A DNA stretch of 64,000 bases from Octopus sinensis. Its lineage: Eukaryota. The DNA is taken from NCBI RefSeq assembly GCF_006345805.1, contig NC_042999.1:125488001-125552000 (forward strand), read 5' to 3'. The notes under the pieces are model-generated. The model was not told the origin of the DNA. It ran no database searches and saw nothing but the letters and a program-made list of their open reading frames with translations. The position numbers and the translations under genes were made by a program. Positions 8,584-20,600 of the stretch are shown here, in pieces (the first letter of the stretch is position 1; the number at the start of each line of letters is the position of its first letter).

Positions 8584-11500
8584 AAACAAAAAAACAGTCA
8601 CTTATAAAATTTTCGAGAAAACATACAAGAAAATTACAAACGCCACAACACAACAACTGGAAATAGCTCTGAAGCCCATTTGGGGCCAAAAGAGCTATGT
8701 GACTAAGGGGAAGCGTTTTGGAACCGTGGAGGTTCGTTTCCGAACGGAGGAGGATGCAAGGGCGCATGCCATTTCGCCCTTGCAAACCTCCAGCTATCAC
8801 CAAACCAACACCAAGGAAGACAACACAGAAGGAAGCAGCAACATTGTCACCAACACCAACCACTACAGCAACATCACTGTTTCCCACAAAAAATTTTTTT
8901 TTTCGCCAAACTGGAAACTGTTGAAACAGAAAGACACACACAAAACACAGGGGAAGCACGAACAAATAGTGCTTCCTCAAATCAACAACATGCACTCACA
9001 ACAACAAACAACAACACTTTCGCCACCATTACTGCCACACACACCAACACACACAGACACCATTACAGCTATAAACACAAAAAATGAAGATCTTGTAACA
9101 CACCTGAAACAAAACACAGACACAGCGGATAAGGACAGCATAGGGTGTCCACATTTCCACCTAGTCAACTACATGGACCACAAATTCGTGATCTGTACAG
9201 TCGACTTAGATAGGGACCCGGCTACTGGAAGCTGAATGCGTCGTTAACGGCGTGCAAAGCCTACAGAGACCGGATTAGTTTATTAGTTAAACGGGCACCC
9301 ACGGGGGCAATCATCAACAACAACTGGTGGTTTGCCCTCAAGAGAGCAATTAGAACAGAGTTGATTAGGTTTAGTAAGGCTCTAGCTGTAGAACGTAGGA
9401 AAACGGAGCGGGAATTAGTTAGAAAACTAGATGTGGCTCTTGAGACAGGCATCGCAACCGACGTGTTGGCGGCTAGGTTGGGCCTCGACCAACACTTTGA
9501 CGCCATACACGAAGGCTGCGTTGTCAGAGCTAAGGCGCGTTCGCTAAGCGGGAAGGGGACTAAGGCCGCTCAATGGGTCTATGTGGCGGAGGTGAAGCAG
9601 GGCAACAAAGCGACCATTCGGTCTTTGGTGGACCAGAACGGGTGCGAGGTTTCCGAGCCGAAGCAGATGTGTGCGGTGTTTCAGCGGCACTTTGCTCAAC
9701 TGTTTGGGAAGAACGGTGCAGACTTCGGTGTGTACCTGGACGGCGAGGCAGAGTGCTGTGAAAGGCCGATATCTGCCTGGGAAGTGGAGGAAGCGATGAA
9801 AAGCTGCACAAGAGGTAGATCGCCGGGTTTAGATGGTCTGCCCTACGAGCTTTACATTTCAATGCCTGACTTGTTTGCAGGCCTCTTGGCAAACGTTTAC
9901 TGCAACTGGCAGCAAAACGGGAGAATTCCTGCATTTGTCTGTCAAGGAGTGGTGGCCTTGCTGAGAAAGGACCCAAACAATGGGGACATTATAGGCAACT
10001 TTCGGCCCATCACTCTGCTCAATGCAGAGCTGAAGATTTTGGCTAAGGTGTTAGCCAAGAGATTGGCGCTTGTCGTGGGCAGGCTGGTTGGCAAGGCGCA
10101 GACATGCGCTGTGCTGACCAGGTCGATACACGACAACCTCCATCTCATGCGCTACACCATAGAGAGGGTGGGTAACAACACTGGCGTGGGTGGGGCTTTG
10201 ATCAATTTAGATCAGAGTAAAACCTTCGATAGGGTCGACCATCGATACCTGGCAGCTGTTCTCAAGGCAGCCAGCTTCGGTCCAGTCTTCCACGGGTGGA
10301 TCGCTGCTTTATACAACATCTGAACGGTCACCTTTCAGAGCCATTTGACATCTTGCGTTTGGTCCGCCAAGGATGCCCTCTCTCCTCCCTCTTGTACGTA
10401 TTGACTCTCGAGCCATTACTGCGCAAGTTGGAAGCTTTGAGGGGGTATCCTGTGCGATCTAGGAGGTGGAAACAGCATGTCTGCCTATGCCAACGACGTC
10501 ACCGTGATGGTGTCGAGCCATGGGCACATTGACCTGATTGGCATGACGCTAAATGAATACGAAGCGGTGACAGGAGCAAAAATTAACGCGGAAAAGTCTG
10601 TGAGCTTTCAACTAGACACCTGGAGAGGCAAGTCCATGCCGTCCAACAGCGTCATAGGGCACTGGACAGACGGACCCGTTAAACTGCTCGGGGTCTGGTT
10701 CGGTCCGGACCTCCAGGTGGATAAAAACTGGCAAGAAGTGACGAGCAGGGTGGCCAATCTCACCTAGAAATGGGCCGAGAAGAAGCTGTCCCTGAAAGGT
10801 CGAGCGGAGGTGGCGAATGCGTACATCGCATCCGTCATCTATTACCGCTTGACCGTCGTCCCTTGTCCCAACCGCTGGTTGGCCAAGCGGGCAATGCGAT
10901 CAGTAGTAGTTCCACTCTAGCGTTCTATAGAGGGTTAGTGGAAGAAAAGTGCGACGACGTTCTCGGGGAAACTAGGCGTTGACGATAACGAGTTGAGCAG
11001 TCTGTTCGGAGGGACTTTTGGGCTGGGGCCAATGGATAATTTCCAGAGGTCCCTCGCCTGGCAGTGTTACCGAGGGGCTCTGCCTGTTCGGGATAAACTC
11101 CACCGGCACGGAAGTGCCGTCAGCCGGACCTGTCCAAGGTGCTGCCAGGACGACAAAACCGTTCTGCACGCACTCGTCCAGTGTCCGAGTATTGCTGAAC
11201 TATGGGTTTATGTCGAACAGCTACTGTCACGTATAGGACGGATCCGGCTATCAGCTGAATCCATAGTGAAGATTGCCCCACCGACCTCCTTTAACTGGGA
11301 GGGCAAGGCAGTTTTCCTTTGCCTAGTGGCTGTAGCGAAAGAAGTGGTATGGTGGACCCGTTTGAAAGGGCTAAGGTCAGACACTTTCCTCTTTGGCCCA
11401 GGCCTCATCAACTTTTTCAAGTTTCACTTGAAAAGGAAGATGAGAGTAGAGAGGGAAGTGCTGTCCGATAGCAAGTTTGCTGAAAGGTGGATAAATGTCA

Positions 11501-11655
11501 CAAGAATGGCTAGTATGAAAGGAGCCATTCTGAGGTTGCACTTGTGATTTAAAAAGGTAATATAAAAGGAGAAAGGGGCTCTCTACCCACTTGTGACCAG
11601 GCTCCCGTTGGCTTTTATGGGTTTTTCCACCAGGAACCTTTTGTAACGCCTCCTA
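8584..11655 (+). mobile_element. Tx1/L1-clade LINE: ORF1 fragment, internally deleted endonuclease, RT and C-terminal CCHC knuckle; frameshifted
   Basis: Endonuclease end YMDHKFV...GPGYWKLNAS. RT motifs SPGLDGLPYELY, FRPITLLNAELKILAK, NLDQSKTFDRVDH, VRQGCPLSSLLY and SAYANDV (YADD mutated). Knuckle CPRC-x8-H-x4-C (CPRCCQDDKTVLHALVQC). ORF2 stop at 11547. Confidence 0.88.
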
Positions 11656-11659
11656 TTGG

Positions 11660-12676
11660 GAGTATCAAAAATACTGGGAAGAGATCACCAAACACTGAAG
11701 AAATTTGTGCAATCTCCTATTCTGTTCAGTCAAGGGCAGATAAGGGTAAGCTGAAGGTTGCTTTTGTACTTTGTCACATGTGAAAAGGGAAGTTGTGCGG
11801 AACCCATGTCTGACAAGTAGAGAAGTCTTCAAACATTGTGGCAGGGAAGACATATCGAAAATTACCAGGTATCGCCTCTTCAAGCAAGTAACCAGGAATG
11901 TTAAACTTGTTACAAGGCCCCCTCTGAGGACTTCATAAGCAGAAGAGTACATTAAGATAGATTTTTCAACAGTTCTGTTCACTGTTGAATGCCATGCTAC
12001 CCTTGATGGACCAAATGGATGGAGTAAAGGTTAGGTATCAACTGTCCTCATTGTTTGAGATGCCAACAGTGGGTAGGTGGGGTTATGTTTTGAGCTGGTA
12101 TGACATCGAAAACATATGTTACCTTCTTAAAAGACAATTTCCAACTGGTTCAAAAAGCAAAAATTTTCATTCAAGAAAGCGGGTCTACATGCAAGATAAT
12201 GGCTTGTCTCATGCAGCAAAGAATTCTAAGGAATACCTGCAGCAAATATGCTTCTCTGGAGGTCATTTGATGGAGTGGCCACTTTGTTCCCCTGACTTAA
12301 ACTTGATTGAGAACCTGTGGAGTGTCCTGAAGAGGCGTGTTTACCAAGATGGACTGCAGTTTTCAAGTAAAGTTGCCCTTTGGGATGCTATTGTAGATGC
12401 CACCCAAAACATGATACAAGAAGGTATCATCACCATGACAATTTCAATGGATCAGCACATAAGGAAGGTTATTGCATGTGGAGGATCTTACATCAAATAT
12501 TAGGAGCTGTATGATATCATAATCCTGTGATTATTTTCATTCAAACGTATTATGTTTACCATTAAGTCCTTTATGAATAAGTTTTTTTTGTTAAACTTTT
12601 ACTATTGAATTAAATAAATGTTTGTTCTGACTCAGTCATCATATTTATTATACTTGCCTAATAATTTGTGACAGTG
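11660..12676 (+). mobile_element. Decayed Tc1-family transposase remnant with right terminal repeat
   Basis: SKILGRDH near 11664; DFSTVLFTVECHATLDGPNGW; YMQDNGLSHAAK; WPLCSPDLNLIENLWSVLK (Tc1 WPxxSPDLNPIENLW motif). The end tatacttgcctaataatttgtgacagtg is typical of Tc1 termini. Confidence 0.82.
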
Positions 12677-12997
12677 AAAATGTTGGCCAATCATAAAAAT
12701 GGACACCATTTGTAAGCATCTGCGCAGATCCAATTTATTTTAACAGAATGTGTGCAGATAGGTGTGTCCAACAGTCAGTGGGAAAACAACTGGTTTTGAA
12801 TGAATATATATTTAATTATTGAGAAGGTTGATTTGCCTAATAATGTGGGATGCAGTGTGTATGTGTTTCTCTCAGTGTAAGATTTAATAACATCATCCAA
12901 ACAATGGCCTGCATTTTTACCTCTTAGCTAATTGTGAGTACTAGAATGTGAGATTGGCTTATATTGGCGTTTTACTGCCTCGGGTAAAAGCACTTTA

Positions 12998-13211
12998 CCC
13001 TTTAGCATTCAGATTTCTCTGTCAAATGTAATACTTATTTATTCATATTGCTTTGAATTAATCATGCATTAGCTTGTTGCTCTGAGATTTTGATGATGCA
13101 ATTGCCTATTTTTAGAATAACATTAAAGCATAGGTGCGAGAGGCCAGATCTAGCTGATTTGAAACAGGTAGAATATTTTGACCAGGTGTGGAAAGTTTAA
13201 ATGCTAAAGGG
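12998..13211. mobile_element. piggyBac-type MITE, 214 bp
   Basis: TIRs CCCTTTAGCATT / AATGCTAAAGGG; TTTA on the left and TTAA on the right. Confidence 0.8.
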
Positions 13212-13445
13212 TTAATTCTCAATAACTCAGTCTAACCAGCTGTAAATAGGTACCATGACATATTAGGCTATTGTTTACCAATATAAGCATTAGGGGACTA
13301 CAGTTAATAAATGTTTTGTTGGTTTGCATGTGAAATCTTCCCATGGCAAATAGTAATTTTTCTACTGTATCCTTGTTTGAATCATAATGTATTGTAGGAC
13401 CTTATATTAGTAACCTAATAGTTTATGGCAGTGTATAGTGGCACA

Positions 13446-13618
13446 GGAGTGGCTGTGGTAAGTAGCTTGCTTACCAACCACATGGTTCCAGGTTCAGTCC
13501 CACTGCGTGGCACCTTGGGCAAGTGTTTTCTACTGTAGCCTCGGGCTGACCAAAGCCTTGTGAGTGGATTTGGTAGACAGAAACTGAAAGAAGCCCATCG
13601 TATGTATATGTATATATA

Positions 13619-13657
<39 letters not shown>

Positions 13658-13845
13658 TATATGTGTGTTTGTCCCCCCCCCCCACAACATCGCTTGACAA
13701 CCGATGCTGGTGTGTTTATTATGTCCCCGTAACTTGTGTGGTTCGGCAAAAGAGACTGATAGAATAAGTCCTGGGGTCGATTTACTTGACTGAAGGCAGT
13801 GCTCCAGCATGGCTGCAGTCAAATGACTGAAACAAGTAAAAGAAT
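13446..13845 (+). mobile_element. tRNA-derived composite SINE, full-length copy
   Basis: Same head, (TA)n and second-domain architecture as 1896-2280 and 53732-54130. Confidence 0.85.
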
Positions 13846-14085
13846 GGTTTAGTAGCACTGCTAACACAGCAGAACAGTGTTTAATATTACTTTGTAGAAA
13901 TCTGCAGAGATAACCTTAACAAGTGTTTTAATGGCACTGCTAACACAGTATTGACTTGTAAAGCATTTAATATACTTTGTAGTATATTATGGCTGTATAA
14001 TGAAATGCAGTGTCCCTACAAGTCATATGGCTCTGTCTTGCTTAAAAAAATCAATTATCTACTTCATTTGATTTTACTTGTTTAC

Positions 14086-14660
14086 AGGATTCTGTCATTG
14101 GATTGTGGCCATACTAGAGCACTGCCTTGTAAAGTTTAGTCAATGGAATCAACTTCAGTACTTTTTTCCTTAAATCTAGTATTCTATTGATCTCTATTTT
14201 GCCAAGTTACTAAGTTACACAGAACTAAACAAACATAGATTAAGTCATGTCATGTAAAGATAAGAAGGATGCAAACACACAAAAGAGAGTATATGCAGTT
14301 GTGTGGTTAAGAAGTTTGCTTCCCCAACATATGTCTTGGGTTCAGTCCCATTGTGTAGCACCTTTGGTAAGTGTCTTCTACTATAGCCCTTGGATGACCA
14401 AAGCCTTGTGAGTGGATTTGGTACACAGGAACTGAAAGAAGACTATCTTGTATATCATCATCATTGTTGTTTAATGTCTGTTTTCCATACTGGCATGGGT
14501 TGGACAGTCTGACAGGAGCAGTCCAGGCTTCAATTGTGTTTTGGTATAGTTTCCACAGCTGGATGTCCTTCCTAAGACCAACCACTTTACAGAGTATGCT
14601 GGGTGCTTTTTATGTGTCACCAGCAAAGGGACTTTTTACATGATAATAGTACCTGCAAGA
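14086..14660. mobile_element. Cluster of decayed fragments: SINE second domain (-), SINE head (+), RTE 3' end (-)
   Basis: Segments align with 1896-2280, 13446-13600 and 6523-6700 respectively. Confidence 0.6.
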
Positions 14661-14845
14661 CACCTTTGTCTAGACAGCATGTGATGGTTGTAAATAAGCA
14701 TCATCGTATTGTTTTCAGTCTTCTGTGAAAAACATATGTAACTCTGGGTTTGCTAGATGGGAAGGATATCCGGTTTCAGGAAATTTTACAGGGCTTAGAA
14801 AAACTGAAGGATTGCTGCAATAAGCGCGTAAATCTGAGAGGGGAA

Positions 14846-15355
14846 TCTATATATATAAAACTGTAGTTGTGTGAGTGTCTGTCCCCTTCGATTTAGATTC
14901 CTAACTACTCCCACATTTTGCGGTGCAGTTTAACCAAATTCGGGTATCTTATAGTAGTGATTCATATCGAGCCCGTCTGAGTATTAGCGCGCGTCTACGA
15001 TGAGTCTACGATTTTAAAAATAATTTAACATCATTTTTTTATTCCATTTTAATGCATAATTTTTCGCGTGTCGATGGCGGCTGAGTTGGCGTCCATGGTC
15101 ACACCTGCACCTGTTTGCTTGTCCCCTTCTTCCCTCCCTCGTGAAGCTGTGGGGAAGGGAGTGTAATGAAATCAACGTCGTAAAGCGTTGTCAAGGAGAC
15201 CAGCGTTCTTTTAGAACGACTTCATGGCTTGAAGACACCAAAACAGAAATGGCTAAGAAAGCCCAAATTGGCATCTATAAGGGAAGTAACTCTCTAAAAA
15301 TGCTTATATAGTTATTTCCCTTACAAACCCGAGCAACGCCGGGCGATACTGCTAG
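14846..15355 (+). mobile_element. Non-autonomous Helitron-like element, 510 bp
   Basis: Starts TCTATATATATAAAA after an A. Ends with a subterminal hairpin CCCGAGCAACGCCGGG (15328-15343) and CTAG followed by T. No TSD; CpG-rich interior. Confidence 0.75.
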
Positions 15356-16724
15356 TATGTTGATAAAAATCATAATTAACTGATCTTCCTGTATTTTCTT
15401 TTACCTAAAGCCAGGAACTTTTCAGCATTCTTCATAAGCATTACACACGATGGCTTTTGCACTGTTTCTGAAATATAAATTTGCTTACTTGGTTTGGTCA
15501 GGTTGAAGCTGCAGTAGACACTTAATCATGGTGCTGCATTGTGAAACTGAACCCAAAACTACATAGCTCCATAGTGGAGTCCTTTATCACTCAGACATGT
15601 TTGTATTTACACCATTTCAGATTTGATTTGTCCCTTCCTCATTACTACCTGGTTGGTCAGTTATCTATTATTCCCTATTCACATTATTGACTCTCTTACA
15701 CTATATTTGAAGTAAATCAATGAAGATAACAGAATTTCCTCTTCACAGTGTCATTTCACCTAATTTACTATAGCATTGATTTGTTGGTCTCTGGAAAGGA
15801 AGGATTAGGATAACAATGTACCTTCTCCTAAAACAACAAAATGATGAAACGTCATGTAAGTTTAGATGTTAGCAAGTGTAGAAGACCAGTGGCTTACTCT
15901 AAAAGAAGCCCAGTAGTCATGGATTTTTCAAATCATCTTAATACTGAAGTATTGGGCTAACTTGTTTAGCCCCAGGACAGTCCTGGTGGAACAGGCTTAA
16001 AGTTCAATAGCATTCAAACTATGATCAATTCTTTTCTTAGTGTGTCGGACATCATTACTCAAAGTCCTTCCCTTATTCAAGACATTATGAGGTGGTTTGA
16101 AGGTGATGTCTGCTATTTCTTGCAGATCAAACATCCATGTAGAGGCTATCTCGTGGGACAATTGGCTGTTGGTTTAGGTAGTATATAGTCAGTTGTGGAT
16201 GAAAGACTAAACAACTCAAATGATGAGTCAGATCTTTTAACATGATATGTGAAATACTATTGCTCATAGACAGCCTTAGTTTTTAAGATTCAAAATGTAT
16301 TAGTGCATATTCAGTGGTATCATCCTCCATATCTTAGTATATACACGAGCTAATAAAGGGGGTCTCTGTGGTTGCTTGACCAGCTAGAAATAGCAGTCAA
16401 ATTCCTTAAATTACACCCTACCATCTTAAAGAACATAGACATTGGATAAGCATACTAACAAAGAAACACATGTCACAGCTATGACTCAGCTGGTGTCAAA
16501 CAACATTAATAATACATGCTAGCAGCTGTTTCAGAGCTAAAGGGTTTTCTTTCCAGAAGAGGAATGCACTGTATGACGCAGTTCTGAATGTATAAGATTG
16601 TTATGAAAAGTTAATGGAGACCATTAGTACTAGAGTTGATGTGTGTAGCTCAAAGTTAGTAGAGATGCAGTGTTGTAATTTTGTTTTCTTAAAATGTGCT
16701 GTCTCTGTGTTTTATAAATACACA

Positions 16725-17640
16725 TTCTTTTACTTGTTTCAGTCGTTTGACTGTGGCCATGCTGGAGTACTGCCTTCAAGGGTTTTAGTCAAACAAAATC
16801 AACCCTAGGACTTATTTTTTAAAGTCTACTACTTATTCTGTCAGTATTTTGCCGAACTGCTAAGTTACAGGAACGTAAACACACCAACGCTGGTTGCCAA
16901 GCAATGATGGGGGGGGGGGGACAAACACACACATATAATAATGGGCTTCTTTGTTTTCATCTATAGAAGACACTCAAGTTTATTGAATATTGTATACAGT
17001 GCATCTCCAAAGTGCATGCATGGTACACCAGATACATTTATATTAGAATCTTATTCACTATCCTTGTCTAAGTGTGCAGAGGTCTTCCATAAGCCCACAC
17101 AATGCCAGTCAGTATGGTCCTTTGTCATTTCCATGAGATATAGCATCTTCCAGTCAGGCTTCATTACTTTATCCCAAATCTTCATTGGTCTCCTTCTTTC
17201 TCAACTTTTACTAACTTGGAATGCCCAGAACTTATGTATGCAGCAATCATTCTCTTGCATTCTATACCTGATTCCTTTAATATCCACTTTTCCTCTTAGT
17301 CTATTTGTATTCTAGTATTCATGCACACAATCATTGCACACCTATCAGAGCATGCTGGTTTCACTTTTTCTAGTCCTTACAAAACTGCATTCAAGGCCCA
17401 TACCTCACTATCATGCAGTTCTAACACAAGCATCATATAATCTGCTCTTTCAGAACAACCATCTCCCCTGCTAATTATGTCTCCTAGGAAACAGAAACTG
17501 TTGACTACTTCTAGTGAGTCATCTGAGCATTTAAGAAAATCTATTTCTGGTATACTCCAAGTCAATGACTGCTAGAAATAATGGTTTACTCTTAGCCAAG
17601 TATCTCGCCTGCTGTTGCCTCACTAGGAATATTGCATCCC
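16725..17640 (-). mobile_element. SINE second-domain fragment (16725-16935) plus heavily decayed RTE LINE remnant (16941-17640)
   Basis: Minus-strand translation near 17560-17640 gives DAIFLVRQQQARYLAKSKPLFLAVIDLE, matching the RTE at 8230-8370; also EVVNSFCFLG and GSEVWA-like motifs. Confidence 0.65.
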
Positions 17641-20600
17641 TTACAAATAAGACAGTGTTTTGTTGGCATTTATAATGTACCTGTAATTTAAAAAAAAAAG
17701 TATTTTGTAAAAGCTTTTAAAATTGATGTTTGGGACAAGAGATAAAGTTGGAACCTGTAGCATTTGAACTCAGTGAAAAATGAAAGTAAATATAACTATT
17801 GTTCTGTCAACTCACCTTCTTTAACCTAATAATTTATTTAATAACAACAAAAACAATCTTTTGAGTTGGTATCAGTTTATTATTCAATGAGAAGGCTGAG
17901 AAATAAATTAGTCTGAAAATCCACCTGTGTGCAGCAGTAAACCAACAGTTTGATACATCACTCTTGACAGCTATCACAGAGAATGCAATGGTATTAGTTA
18001 TAACACGCAATAATGCCAACAACAGCAGCAGCACTAAATTGTTGGATTTTTGTTTCAAAGCACCAGTTCAAGGACATGGCTGGACTAGTTAAAGGAGTGG
18101 GGAGAGGGAATAAAAAAAAATCAGCTCCTATTTAGGAGTATTTTAGGACCAAGTTTAAAACCTGCCAGTGAGTTAATGTCAAAGCCTGTATCCATAATAG
18201 GGTGGGGTAAAGCCACAATAAGCGTGAAATACATAAATAAAAAGCTCAATATTCCATGCTTTGTACAAGTCCTTCCCAGTTTAAAGAAAAAAATAATAAT
18301 AACTTAACACAGACATATAAAAAGCATCCACGACTTGTTTCAGAAAAGAAAATGATTAGTCATAATGATAAACCAGTGAAATACTTTGCTTCCTGTGGCT
18401 CTAAGCTCTGAACATAGTATTACAGAGTGAGGTAGGCTAGTTGTTTTATAAATCCACAGTTTAATTTCAGTAATGTCTTCCAAAATTTAAGCAACTTTAC
18501 AAAATATAAACAAACTACATTGAAGAGACATTATTGTATAAGGAATATTGGCATTTTAATCTATATTGATTTTTTTTAAACAAGAATATTTCATCTGATA
18601 GTTTCTTTATAAAAGAAACTAGTGTTCTGATTGTCTTCAGATGAATATTAAAAGACTCAAATATGTTTAAAACAAAATATAATTTGAAAAGAAAACAATT
18701 AACAGCCAAAAGTTATCTAATATTGTTCAATTTGATATTTAAGCTAGTATTATGGTCATGTTGATTTCAGTATTAAATTTTCCAAGTGTTTTAAAGCTCA
18801 ACAGTCTTTCTTTACTATTATAATCTTAAATTCTACTTACAAAAATCAAGGTTAAAATAGCAAGAAAGTTAACTCAAAATCAATTATGAACTAAAATGAC
18901 TTGTGTCTCTATGTAAGAGAATTCTTATTAAGAGATTATTCTGAAAAGGATCTGTTGTCACAGATGAGTTTGAAAAGTTTCTGTGACTTTTATCAAGTTA
19001 GTTAATCTAAGAAAATACTCAAACTACTTGAAGGCAATTCTTCAATGTAATAACTTGATAGATCTCAATCATATTACAAAAAACTTTAAAAAAAAGAAAA
19101 AAAAAAGAAACAAATAGTTAATAATAATCAGTAGGAAAAACATATTAATTGGTAATCTTAAACACTTGAAAAACATGAAAACTAATTTTTCTGTGCAACC
19201 ATAACATTAAAATCATACATTTCAAAAGTAATATAAACAATGATTTTCATATTATATAAAAGATCTTACAACATCAATTCAGCATGAAAAATTCAGTGAA
19301 ACAGTGCAAAAAGAAATGTAATGCAAAAAAATGAAGAGAGCCATGAAAGTTTTAATAGCTTTGGGCCAGGCTCCACAAATTTAATAAGTTATATAGAAAT
19401 ATGTTAGTCTTTTCACACCAGTTTAGAACTATATATAAGCCAATGATTCAATTAAGTCAGCTACTACATTATCCAAAGTACAAAACTATAGTTTAATGGT
19501 AGCAATTTTAATTTTTAAAATACTAAAGACTAACTTCTAAGCATAAAAAAGGGTTCACTATATTAATCAGGTTACTGATTAAAGATGGGGAAGGGAGCTA
19601 TTTTTTTTTCCTATTCACATTTTTAAACATGGAATAAAATATAGAAATAGTATACTGCTACTGAAAAAAAAAATGTGTGAAAGATAAAGGAAGAACTGTA
19701 GCAACTCTCCATTTGTTATGCAAATAATGTTTGCCTTCGCTTAGTAATAATTAAGGTAATGAATATGGAAGACTAGAAAAGCTGCTTCTGTCAGAATGGG
19801 TGATATAAACAGAGTAAAAATTTGCACATCTCCACTAGTTGCATGACATTTATACAGAAAATGACTAAAATGATAAAAAAAACAAAGAGAATGTTGTCAT
19901 CAGTAAGAGTTGTTGGTGTTGGTACTTAGTCATGCTATTCATCTGAACAGCTACAATACAGAATGGAACCAGATTTATACTTCCCAAACAAACACAGCTC
20001 TTTGTCAACTGATTGTCACAAAGTGAAATGCACAAGATGATATTGTCCTGAATAAAAGTCACCGGTCTTTAAAAAGGTTGTAATTTCAGATTTTTAAAGT
20101 TCTTTTGTTTCAAATGCAATTAATTTTTCTTTTAGTTAACATTAAATGTATATTTATGAAATTGCATTTTCTGCTTAGAAATGAGATATGCAAAAATGAC
20201 TAAAAAGTTGTACTTGTTTTCAACACAAACAATCAATACAATTCCTTTGCTAAAACAATGACAATCGACTATTTTACTAAAGATTATTAGACAGTATACT
20301 GAGTGGAACAGAACAGAATGTGGAGTTGTAAAGAAACATGAATAAAATATGCCATATATTTTTTGGGGGAAAAGTGATAATTTTATATTTCTAGAAAAAG
20401 TGTCAAATACTTGTTAAGATAAATCATAATGCTATTTTCAACATCCAGCCACACCATAGTACTGAATACTTTTGATTCACATGCAACTATAAACTATTTA
20501 TATTCCAACAAGAGCAAATACTGCTGCAACATAATATTTTCTTTTTGCATAAAAAGATCTAAGATAAAATTTCTGCTGCCTACAATCAATTACATGCAAG

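Noticed and set aside
6505-11660. Shared TSD that would make RTE+Tx1 a single insertion
   Set aside because: Only a 5-nt gtaac match at the two outer ends, which is not significant.
17640-17690. Splice-acceptor-like site followed by an open frame on the minus strand
   Set aside because: The downstream translation is a decayed RTE RT segment (DAIFLVRQ...), not a host exon.
17834-18058. 74-aa ORF at the edge of the putative long UTR
   Set aside because: Starts at a non-ATG codon; no recognisable homology or exon context.
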